Assembly: GCA_963710375.1 (NCBI GenBank)
Contig: CAVPZX010000005.1
Span: 461,823 to 525,822, forward strand
Direction of reading: 5' to 3'
Origin: Nitrospirota bacterium
GTDB taxonomy: Bacteria; Nitrospirota; Thermodesulfovibrionia; Thermodesulfovibrionales; Dissulfurispiraceae
Length of the DNA stretch: 64,000 bases
Made by a program: the position numbers and the translations under genes. The notes under the pieces are model-generated. The model saw only the letters and a program-made list of their open reading frames with translations, was not told the DNA's origin and ran no database searches. Below, piece by piece: positions 10,429 through 18,014 of the stretch. Numbering within the stretch: position 1 is the stretch's first letter; each line of letters starts with the position of its first letter.

Positions 10429-11568
10429 GTGAACTTTAGCACGGGATTAGCACGAGCGGAGGGTAAGAGGTTGCAAAGCATCAAATCATTAATGGCGTTA
10501 GTGGATTCACTGAACATTGGATTTTACCTCGACGCTTATAAACTGACCGAAGAGGATTTCACCTATCTGGAAACTCTCAAGCAGAGGGCAAGAGATGAGG
10601 GCTTCAACGCAATAGAGCCTTTCGAGTTTAAAGGTAAATTCTTCACCGGTATAACTTCTGCAAAAAATATTTATGCATATGTTCTGATCAACAACGATGT
10701 CACCGTCAAGATTGCCCGTAAGCTCTCACAGGGGACTTATCCCGAAATTTTTATTGAGTATCGCTCCCGGCTGCTACTTGGCGGCCTGAAGGATGCCTAT
10801 TTGATAGTCAAGGAATGGGTGGAATCCTGGGCCGATATAGAAAGAGAGAAAGTATCCCGCGCTGACATCACGGTGGATTTTCAAGGGCAATTAAAAATAA
10901 ACATCGATGATGTCGTTATGAGATGCAGGAACAACGGCGAATATTATGAAGCGTATCGAGATGGCCGTCGATTAACCGGCTATCGCTTCGGCTCTGCTGC
11001 ATTGCAATGCAGGATTTATGACAAAACAGTGGAAATTGAAAAAAGCGGAAAACTCTATCTCAAGGAAGAATGGAAAAAGCAGGGGTGGGACGAAGAAACT
11101 GAAGTGTGGAGAGTAGAATTCCAGTTAAGGCGGGACATGCTTAAAGAATTTCAGGTTGAGACCTTGCAAAATCTTATAGATCATGCGCCCGACATATGGC
11201 GTTATCTTACTGCTGAATGGCTTACCGTGAGACAGCCATCACGTACAGACAAGACCCGTTCACGATGGGAACTGACCAAAACTTGGAAGATTGTGGTCGA
11301 ATCATTCAAGGGCTTCGGCATCCTGACGGGAATAGTAAGGGAGAATATCAAAGATGTAACTGTTGACAGACTGGTGCCCCAGTTAGCAGGGCTATGTACC
11401 TCCTTTGCTGCTCTTACCCGGAAAGAACGTATACCGATATATGAAATATTGAAGCGAGCCGAAGCGCACATAAAACGGAAGGGGAAAACAACAAAGGGGA
11501 TTATAGAGGAAAAAATGCAGCGGTATTCCCTATTCGAGGAAACTTATTCGGGGCTGCAGGAGGTATGA
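10429..11568 (+). CDS. Rep_trans family replication initiator/relaxase (true start may be 10471 or 10492)
   Basis: SRADITVDF, YRFGS, CRIYDKTVE and WRVEFQLR motifs typical of Rep_trans proteins. Confidence 0.75.
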   Translation: MNFSTGLARAEGKRLQSIKSLMALVDSLNIGFYLDAYKLTEEDFTYLETLKQRARDEGFNAIEPFEFKGKFFTGITSAKNIYAYVLINNDVTVKIARKLSQGTYPEIFIEYRSRLLLGGLKDAYLIVKEWVESWADIEREKVSRADITVDFQGQLKINIDDVVMRCRNNGEYYEAYRDGRRLTGYRFGSAALQCRIYDKTVEIEKSGKLYLKEEWKKQGWDEETEVWRVEFQLRRDMLKEFQVETLQNLIDHAPDIWRYLTAEWLTVRQPSRTDKTRSRWELTKTWKIVVESFKGFGILTGIVRENIKDVTVDRLVPQLAGLCTSFAALTRKERIPIYEILKRAEAHIKRKGKTTKGIIEEKMQRYSLFEETYSGLQEV

Positions 11569-11606
11569 AAAGGCGCGACATGCTAACCTTCTGTTATTCG
11601 TTACTC

Positions 11607-12047
11607 TCATTTGTTGTTCAGGAACTTTTTTATCAGCTTAGTTAGATAGTCTATCTTCCGCATCTCGCATTCCCAAATAATCAAGGAAGCCCAGCCTAAA
11701 CTTGATAATTGTTTCAAATTCTTTTTATCTCGAGCTTTATTCATAATCAATTTTGAATTCCAATATTGCACGTTTGAAGCCGGTTTGTTCATACCAGCTT
11801 TACAGTTATGCCCATGCCAAAAACAGCCGTGTACAAAAATTACTTTTCGACGCGACGAAAAAACAAGGTCTGGAGAGCCCGGCAAATCTTTTCTGTGGAG
11901 CCTATAGCGAAAGCCCATGTTAAATACTAAATGCCTGATAGTTTTTTCAACAAGAGTACCCTTCGACTTCACGCGAGCCATTAATTCACTTCTGGCCTCC
12001 TTCGTCAACCGGTCTTTTGTTTTGGGTCTTGATGGAATGTTACTCAT
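11607..12047 (-). CDS. vsr: Very short patch repair endonuclease Vsr
   Basis: RSELMARVKSKGT, LPGSPDLVF, FVHGCFWHGH, IIWECE. Confidence 0.93.
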   Translation of the reverse strand: MSNIPSRPKTKDRLTKEARSELMARVKSKGTLVEKTIRHLVFNMGFRYRLHRKDLPGSPDLVFSSRRKVIFVHGCFWHGHNCKAGMNKPASNVQYWNSKLIMNKARDKKNLKQLSSLGWASLIIWECEMRKIDYLTKLIKKFLNNK

Positions 12048-12092
12048 AGGCTGTAGACAAATAGTATACATGATTGAATATCATCTTAGTCA

Positions 12093-12311
12093 ATGGATGT
12101 TAAATTATTGCTTGCAAGAAATGTGAGAGAGTACCGCGAAAAGTTAGGCTTTTCTCAGGAAGAACTCGCGGAGGTATCTGGACTTCACAGGACATATATC
12201 AGTGGGATTGAGAGAGGCGTGAGAAATCCCACAATTTCTGTGGTTGCAGTTTTAGCAAAGGCATTGAACATATCGGTTTCAGCACTTCTTTCAAAGGCCG
12301 GAGAAAAATGA
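12093..12311 (+). CDS. XRE-family HTH, probable RM controller (C) protein
   Basis: SQEELAEVSGLHRTYISGIERGVRNPT; ATGA overlap with the next gene. Confidence 0.8.
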   Translation: MDVKLLLARNVREYREKLGFSQEELAEVSGLHRTYISGIERGVRNPTISVVAVLAKALNISVSALLSKAGEK

Positions 12312-13051
12312 CTATTTTCTCCACGCCAGAACAGCTTCAAGAGATCAAGAAAATTCTATCAGGCTATATAAGATTACCATTCTCAGACAAAACTATCCCC
12401 GGCGCTGTCATGGAAGCAGTTCTGGCTAAAGTCAGAAATGGAGTAGTTCTTAACACTTATGATTTTGTAGATGTTATAAATGCGGTGTCTCATTGTGGGT
12501 GGCAGGTAAAATCAACGAAAGAAAAAACTCCAGTTACATGGAAAAGAGCTAAATTGCCGAATCAAGATGAACTCATAAAGAACTCTCACGAGAGCAAAGA
12601 AGGGCTACAGGCACTTGGAGACACAATTATTGATTTTTGCAATGCCCATGTTCGGCATAGTATTGAGCTATACGACTTGCGTGAAATCGGATATAGCAGG
12701 CTGATCGTCCATAAAAACTGGACAATTACATATTTTGAAAAATTGCTCTGTGTAAGTGAGAGGCCGGATATTTTTGCTAAGGCCGATTTTTCTTGGAAAT
12801 GGTCTATACCAAAGAAAACAAAGAAAAAAGAACAACTGCCTGCTTTACATGGGACTCATAAGACCCTCAAAAAAAAATGGTGGGCGTGGCATGGATTAGG
12901 CGAAAATCAGTTGCATTTCAGTGGTGAAAGGGCGTGGTGGCCCACTACTTCCGAAGGTCAAATGATGACTTTTGATAGCCCCGCAGATAATGAAAGGATA
13001 TTGTTAGAACGATTTGTAGATTTTCTTGCTAAACTAGATAATTCTGTTTGA
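12308..13051 (+). CDS. Putative type II restriction endonuclease
   Basis: Lies between the C protein and a convergent C5 MTase; E...D...QVKS resembles a PD-(D/E)xK variant; family not recognised. Confidence 0.6.
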   Translation: MTIFSTPEQLQEIKKILSGYIRLPFSDKTIPGAVMEAVLAKVRNGVVLNTYDFVDVINAVSHCGWQVKSTKEKTPVTWKRAKLPNQDELIKNSHESKEGLQALGDTIIDFCNAHVRHSIELYDLREIGYSRLIVHKNWTITYFEKLLCVSERPDIFAKADFSWKWSIPKKTKKKEQLPALHGTHKTLKKKWWAWHGLGENQLHFSGERAWWPTTSEGQMMTFDSPADNERILLERFVDFLAKLDNSV

Positions 13052-14178
13052 TTTAGCATTCCCTCAGCTATTTGTTTTATTAACAAGGGGGGAACGGCAT
13101 TACCAACTTGCCCAGCTTGATCATTGTAAGTGCCAACAAAAATAAAGCTATCAGGAAAGCCTTGTATTCTCGCGACTTCACGTATAGTCAGAATTCTAAG
13201 GTCAACCGGATGACCCCAGCGTCCTGAGCCTGGATGAAATACCCACCGAGTGATGGTTGGCGCAATCATTTTTTTTGTAAGCCGGCCATAGGCCCCGCTG
13301 TATCCACTCTTGACTTGCAAATGGTGTGGTAATTCTTTTAATCCTTCTCCCGGCTTCAATGATGATAGTCTTTCAAATTGCAAAGGCTGGAGTTTACGAG
13401 CTATATGGTTCTTTACGCTCTCTTGTCCATCTCTTATCATTTTCTGGTAATAAGAAAAAGGCTCACATGAGTATGGCATAAACTCAGAGCCTTCGCCATG
13501 TTTCAATGATGGCAAATCGCCTATGGCATCCCAAACGGTGACATGGTTATTAACAGAAAATAGATCGATAATATCTTCTGGAGTGTCGTGTGTGGGATGG
13601 GGTAAATTGAACATTACGCCAAGTCGGTTTCCTACAAAAAAAGCGCGGCGCCGCTTTTGTGGAATTCCATAGTCAGCAGCATTTAGGACAGCATATGATA
13701 CGTAATAATTATCCTCCCTCAGTCGGGCTATTATTTCCTCCGTGTAAGCCAAGTCAAATCCATTTTTCATCTCTGCAACATTTTCCATTAGGATTAGTTG
13801 TGGCCGCAAGTCACGACAGAAATCAAGAAATGTTCTTATCAACTGGTTCTTAGGATCAAGCAAATATCTATTTTTTCTCGGAACGTTCTTGGAGAACCCC
13901 TGACACGGGGGACCGCCTGCGAGTAACGTTAGCTCGCCCGGTTCCAAACCTACCTCTCTCATAAATTGTTCAGTTGATATTTTTGTTAAATCGTTATGAA
14001 AGAGTTTTGCTTCGGGAAAATTATGTTTGAATGTCGCCGAGTACTTTTTTTCAATGTCCGCACCTGCAATAATGTTAACCCCAGCCTGCTTCAGGCCGCA
14101 AGAGATTCCTCCGCATCCGCAGAATAAGTCAATAGCTGTAAGTTTTGGTTCTGACATAATGTTACTCATAGTATTCAA
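12958..14178 (-). CDS. C5-cytosine DNA methyltransferase
   Basis: Motif I DLFCGCGG, IV GGPPCQGFS, VI ENV, VIII QKRRR, X GNAVPP. Confidence 0.97.
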   Translation of the reverse strand: MNTMSNIMSEPKLTAIDLFCGCGGISCGLKQAGVNIIAGADIEKKYSATFKHNFPEAKLFHNDLTKISTEQFMREVGLEPGELTLLAGGPPCQGFSKNVPRKNRYLLDPKNQLIRTFLDFCRDLRPQLILMENVAEMKNGFDLAYTEEIIARLREDNYYVSYAVLNAADYGIPQKRRRAFFVGNRLGVMFNLPHPTHDTPEDIIDLFSVNNHVTVWDAIGDLPSLKHGEGSEFMPYSCEPFSYYQKMIRDGQESVKNHIARKLQPLQFERLSSLKPGEGLKELPHHLQVKSGYSGAYGRLTKKMIAPTITRWVFHPGSGRWGHPVDLRILTIREVARIQGFPDSFIFVGTYNDQAGQVGNAVPPLLIKQIAEGMLNQTELSSLARKSTNRSNNILSLSAGLSKVII

Positions 14179-14434
14179 TTTGCCGCAAAATTGTCAACCC
14201 CCGGTAAATAGCATGTCAAGCAAATATAACAAACTTTGAAGCATTCATTATATATTACTTGGTATTTTAAAAACTTTTGGTCTACTGTCCTATTGAGACT
14301 AATGGCCCTGCTTGCGTGCGGGGGGAGCACGTACGCAAGCAGGGGCCAGAATTATGATAGAATCGCGTGTGTTCTGCGATGGCGTGGTCTTCCCGGTCAA
14401 ATTATCTTGAACGGAGGAAATCTTGAACGCAACT

Positions 14435-15148
14435 TCATTTCTTTATTGGATTAGAAAAGATAGGCAGCAAAACTCCAAAAATGGTTACAAGTAATGTCAA
14501 AGCGGCAATAATTAGGGAGAGGATTTCATATGTGAAAGCCTTCTTGGGTTTTTCATAGGGATAAATCCTAACGTAAGGAAATAGTTTGCCCTTAGAAGAA
14601 AAAAACGAAATAATAATCATTATAGCTGTAAAACAAAATGTGGCAAAGGATAGCAGGAATTTTCCTTTTATTAGTTGTAAGATTCCAAGAAAAAAGGCGG
14701 GACTTATGAGCATGCCTGCTGTTACAGGCATGGCACGAGTTATGATTGAATACCATGGCTTTCTTTTTCTGAAGAAATTGGTAAGCTGTGCGATGCGACC
14801 GAGATAAGAAGCTTCGTCATTAGATGAAATTTGGTAATGAACGAAATTGTGATACATGGTCAAGGAGAGTGAATTATTTATTTCCTGATTATCATCGCGA
14901 GTTAACACAGTTACCGATAATTCATTAGTTGGGGCCTCCTTGCTAAAAGCTTTAACCTCATCAATTGAAGTAAATATTTGCTTAAGGCCTTCATAACCAA
15001 TTTGTACAGACAAATTAATATTCTGAATCGGTGCGCCCGCCGTGAGTATTTGGAGGAGCTCTATCATATCGGCCTTATAAAAAAGAACTGGATGGACTTC
15101 AATTAATTTTGACCATTCTTGTTTCATAGCGCCATTTATCTCCTGCAC
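14435..15148 (-). CDS. Hypothetical membrane protein (about 3 C-terminal TM segments)
   Basis: AT-rich 237-aa ORF with hydrophobic C-terminal stretches. Confidence 0.6.
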   Translation of the reverse strand: MQEINGAMKQEWSKLIEVHPVLFYKADMIELLQILTAGAPIQNINLSVQIGYEGLKQIFTSIDEVKAFSKEAPTNELSVTVLTRDDNQEINNSLSLTMYHNFVHYQISSNDEASYLGRIAQLTNFFRKRKPWYSIITRAMPVTAGMLISPAFFLGILQLIKGKFLLSFATFCFTAIMIIISFFSSKGKLFPYVRIYPYEKPKKAFTYEILSLIIAALTLLVTIFGVLLPIFSNPIKK

Positions 15149-15274
15149 AAGATGAAATACACTGGATTATAACATTTTTTTCTATCAGAGCAGCTATCTA
15201 TAGTCCTTATGATTATGTGCCTCTGCTGCGGGCAGCGCACCGCGAGGCGGGGAGCAGCACGCAAGCAGAGTAGG

Positions 15275-15306
15275 GCAGCCCCCTTACGGTTTAACAAGGG
15301 GGGTGC
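15275..15306. other. Putative nic/dso hairpin for the Rep_trans protein
   Basis: gcagccccctt-acggtttaac-aaggggggtgc: a C-run/G-run stem with TAAC in the loop. Confidence 0.55.
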
Positions 15307-15555
15307 AAAATGCACATGGGAATGGCGTTTGAATTCTTATCTTGAGCCGTTATATGATAAAAGAGAGCATATAAGAGAAGGCATTGCGGGGAAAGTTTTG
15401 GAGGTTTTCCCCTTATTTATCCGGCATCTTATGGGAGAGGTTGGACGTCTCCTACGGTGGGCATGCGGGATAGATAATTTATTACAATGTCTTCTCTCAT
15501 ATGCTCGTTTTTATTCAGACTCACTTATATCCGCAATTGAGTTTCTGAAGTATGT

Positions 15556-15954
15556 TTAACGTTTCTTGCGAAAGTTCGTTATGAGCGTCCATTTAGTATC
15601 ACCAGGCATTCTACACTCCCAGAATAACCAACCATTAACGGGATTCTGAGTTATAGATACAGCAGCCGCAGAAGCAGAATGAAATCTATTGCCATTAATG
15701 ACTAATGCTCCGTTTTCAATTTTGCCTGCATAGCTTTGCCCTTTGTGAAACGCTCGAAACTCTGTTCCATGGGGGAAGGTAACACCTTTTGTAACCCAAG
15801 GCGTGCTGGCATGTTTAGTTATTACCTTGGTGGTATCGGATTCTTTTAGGTCGAATGTTCTCCTCAATACATCATTAAAGCTATCGCTTTCATCCCTGAG
15901 TAGACTCGTCATTTTTTTGTACACCTCGAAATCAATTGGTATGGTTGTATACAT
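15556..15954 (-). CDS. RHH-like N-terminus plus RAMA/DUF2924-like domain protein
   Basis: TIPIDFEVYKK...SFNDVLRR followed by FHSASAAAVSIT...NGWLFW. Confidence 0.6.
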   Translation of the reverse strand: MYTTIPIDFEVYKKMTSLLRDESDSFNDVLRRTFDLKESDTTKVITKHASTPWVTKGVTFPHGTEFRAFHKGQSYAGKIENGALVINGNRFHSASAAAVSITQNPVNGWLFWECRMPGDTKWTLITNFRKKR

Positions 15955-16103
15955 TTGCCCTATTCTCCTTAAATTACTTAAACTATCTTATAGTTAAAAT
16001 AGTAGCATTTATAGTTAGTTGTGTCAAGTAAAAAATTGATTGACAAAACACTTCTACACGTGTTAGCGTGTACACATGCGGCTGGGTGGGGAGGATAACG
16101 CGA

Positions 16104-16406
16104 ATGAGAAAGAAATTAACGCTGACAATTGATGCGGATGTTTACGACATGATTAAAGACTTGCCCCGTAAAATATCTATATCTGAGGTTGTCTCTTTTA
16201 TACTTAAGGCAATGTATCAAGACCTGAAAAAGGGCAGAGAATTAACACAAGAGGAGTTTGAGGTATGGGCAAAGAGCAGTCCTGAATTGGCCGACATCAG
16301 AGAGAGAATGAGGGAACACTGGGGGTCTGGAATAAGAAAGATTGATGAAGTCGTCGAGAAAGTGAAAACGATTGCTAAGCCGAGGAAGAGCAAGAAAGAT
16401 AAATAA
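16104..16406 (+). CDS. Hypothetical, possible ribbon-helix-helix regulator
   Basis: RBS ggagga; MRKKLTLTIDADVY...ISISEVV. Confidence 0.55.
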   Translation: MRKKLTLTIDADVYDMIKDLPRKISISEVVSFILKAMYQDLKKGRELTQEEFEVWAKSSPELADIRERMREHWGSGIRKIDEVVEKVKTIAKPRKSKKDK

Positions 16407-16408
16407 CC

Positions 16409-16690
16409 ATGCAGCAATTAGATAAATATCCCGACCTTATGACACCGGGAGAAGTTGCAGAAGTTCTCGGGTGCAGGCCTGTAACCGTTCCTCGCCTTAG
16501 AGGTCTTATGAAGGCATATGTACTCAACGGAAGAAAGAAGTTTAAGTATAGAAAGCAGGATGTGATTGATTACATAAATTCAAAGGTCGAAAAAAGGGAG
16601 GTGATAGAGATTGCCAGTAAACAGAAGAAAGGACACCGGAAAATGGGGTTACCGACATTATTACCGTGGGAGGAACTACAGAAAGCATGA
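16409..16690 (+). CDS. Probable excisionase (HTH_17/MerR-like)
   Basis: LMTPGEVAEVLG...YRKQDVIDYI; directly upstream of and overlapping the integrase. Confidence 0.7.
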   Translation: MQQLDKYPDLMTPGEVAEVLGCRPVTVPRLRGLMKAYVLNGRKKFKYRKQDVIDYINSKVEKREVIEIASKQKKGHRKMGLPTLLPWEELQKA

Positions 16691-17774
16691 ATGGGATACG
16701 CGAGAAGAGGCCGTCAATGCTTTTAACGAGCTATTAGACAAACTGAGAAGAGAAATTCCAGTTACTGATTCAAATATATATTTGGTTGAAGCTGTGAACG
16801 AATTTATGAAATACTCTAAACGGGTTGGAAAATCTGAAAGTCGATTACTGCACCTGTACCTTAATTTTGAGAAGTTCTTAATTCCTTTTTTGGGTGACAG
16901 TAAAAGATTGAGAGATATTACGCATCTGGATATCGAATCTTTTATAGATGATCAGATGAAGCGACCCATAAAGAACAAAACAATTAAACATTATGTTGAT
17001 GACCTGAACGCATTGCTTAACTGGGCCAAGAAAGAGGAAATCATTTCCGCAAATCCCATGCTCAAAGTTAATAGAAAACGAATCAGACCGGAGAAGATTA
17101 TTAAACAAGGCCACACACCGGAGAAGATTAAAATTTGTGAATCGGTGCTAAACGATGAACAGAGGCTATTTTTTAGGTTCATCAAATTTACCGGGGCCAG
17201 ACTGGATGAAGCTTTAAAAATGATATGGCCCGATGTTCATTACGAAGGTGAAGGCAAGGTTATTTTAAGAGGAACCAAGACTGAAGAATCTTTAAGGGAA
17301 ATAGAAATGTGTAAAGGTCTTCGCCAAACACTTAAAGACTTAGAGAAGCATAGAACTGATTCACCCTACTTGTTTCATAAAAAAGACGGCTCACGGATTT
17401 ATAGAAGAGATAAGCTTTTTAAGAAAATCACGAAGCTTACCGGGATAAAGATTACCGCTAAAAGTCTGAGAGATTATTTCTGCTCTATGATCGGCATGGG
17501 GGACGATGAGTATACCCCAGATATCGTGACCGCACAGAAGCTGATGGGACATGCAAACCTGAACACGACTCAGAGGTATCTCTTTTCGTTAAAAGATCGC
17601 CGTATAAGGGCCGTAGCAATTTTAGACAGAATAGAAGGGATTAGCACTGACATTAGCACGGGACAGGGTATTTCATGCGAGGGGCAAGCCGTAACTCATT
17701 GTAAATTAAAATGGCGGTGCAGGGAATCGAACCCCGGACACTGCGGATATGAGCCGCATGCTCTAACCGTCTGA
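16611..17774 (+). CDS. Tyrosine recombinase/integrase
   Basis: TGARLDE, KSLRD, LMGHANLNTTQRY; RBS gggaggtg before TTG; ORF runs through att into the tRNA antisense strand. Confidence 0.93.
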   Translation: MPVNRRKDTGKWGYRHYYRGRNYRKHEWDTREEAVNAFNELLDKLRREIPVTDSNIYLVEAVNEFMKYSKRVGKSESRLLHLYLNFEKFLIPFLGDSKRLRDITHLDIESFIDDQMKRPIKNKTIKHYVDDLNALLNWAKKEEIISANPMLKVNRKRIRPEKIIKQGHTPEKIKICESVLNDEQRLFFRFIKFTGARLDEALKMIWPDVHYEGEGKVILRGTKTEESLREIEMCKGLRQTLKDLEKHRTDSPYLFHKKDGSRIYRRDKLFKKITKLTGIKITAKSLRDYFCSMIGMGDDEYTPDIVTAQKLMGHANLNTTQRYLFSLKDRRIRAVAILDRIEGISTDISTGQGISCEGQAVTHCKLKWRCRESNPGHCGYEPHALTV

Positions 17775-17785
17775 GCTACACCGCC
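17712..17785 (-). tRNA. tRNA-Met (CAT), elongator type
   Basis: GGCGGTG/CACCGCC acceptor stem, anticodon arm tgcgg-ctCATat-ccgca, GTTCGA T-loop; CCA not encoded. Confidence 0.92.
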
Positions 17786-18014
17786 TTTCTCTTATACAGC
17801 TTTCAATTATACCAAACGGCAGAATTTTAAGGCAATTTCCTAATCTCCCATAATTCTGCTTGTATTCTCTTCTTTAACCATGATATTGTTTTATTAATAT
17901 TCATCACTTCTGTATAAGGCAATAGATTGAGATGCTGATCCCGGCGGTCCTGTGTTTATCCTCCCGGTTCGACCACGTGGGAATTCTACACCGAAGTTAT
18001 TGAAGGGTTAAGTA

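Larger units (their letters stand above)
10274..17756. mobile_element. ~7.5 kb integrative element inserted in tRNA-Met (Rep_trans, RM module, xis/int)
   Basis: 48-bp perfect direct repeats at 10274-10321 and 17709-17756; tyrosine integrase adjacent to the tRNA; AT-rich cargo. Confidence 0.92.

Noticed and set aside
15209..15559. 116-aa ORF spanning the hairpin region
   Set aside because: It has no RBS or motifs and overlaps the putative origin hairpins, so it is probably non-coding.
10429..17774. Element as an intact prophage
   Set aside because: No capsid, terminase, tail, or Zot/pI-like morphogenesis genes lie between the att repeats.
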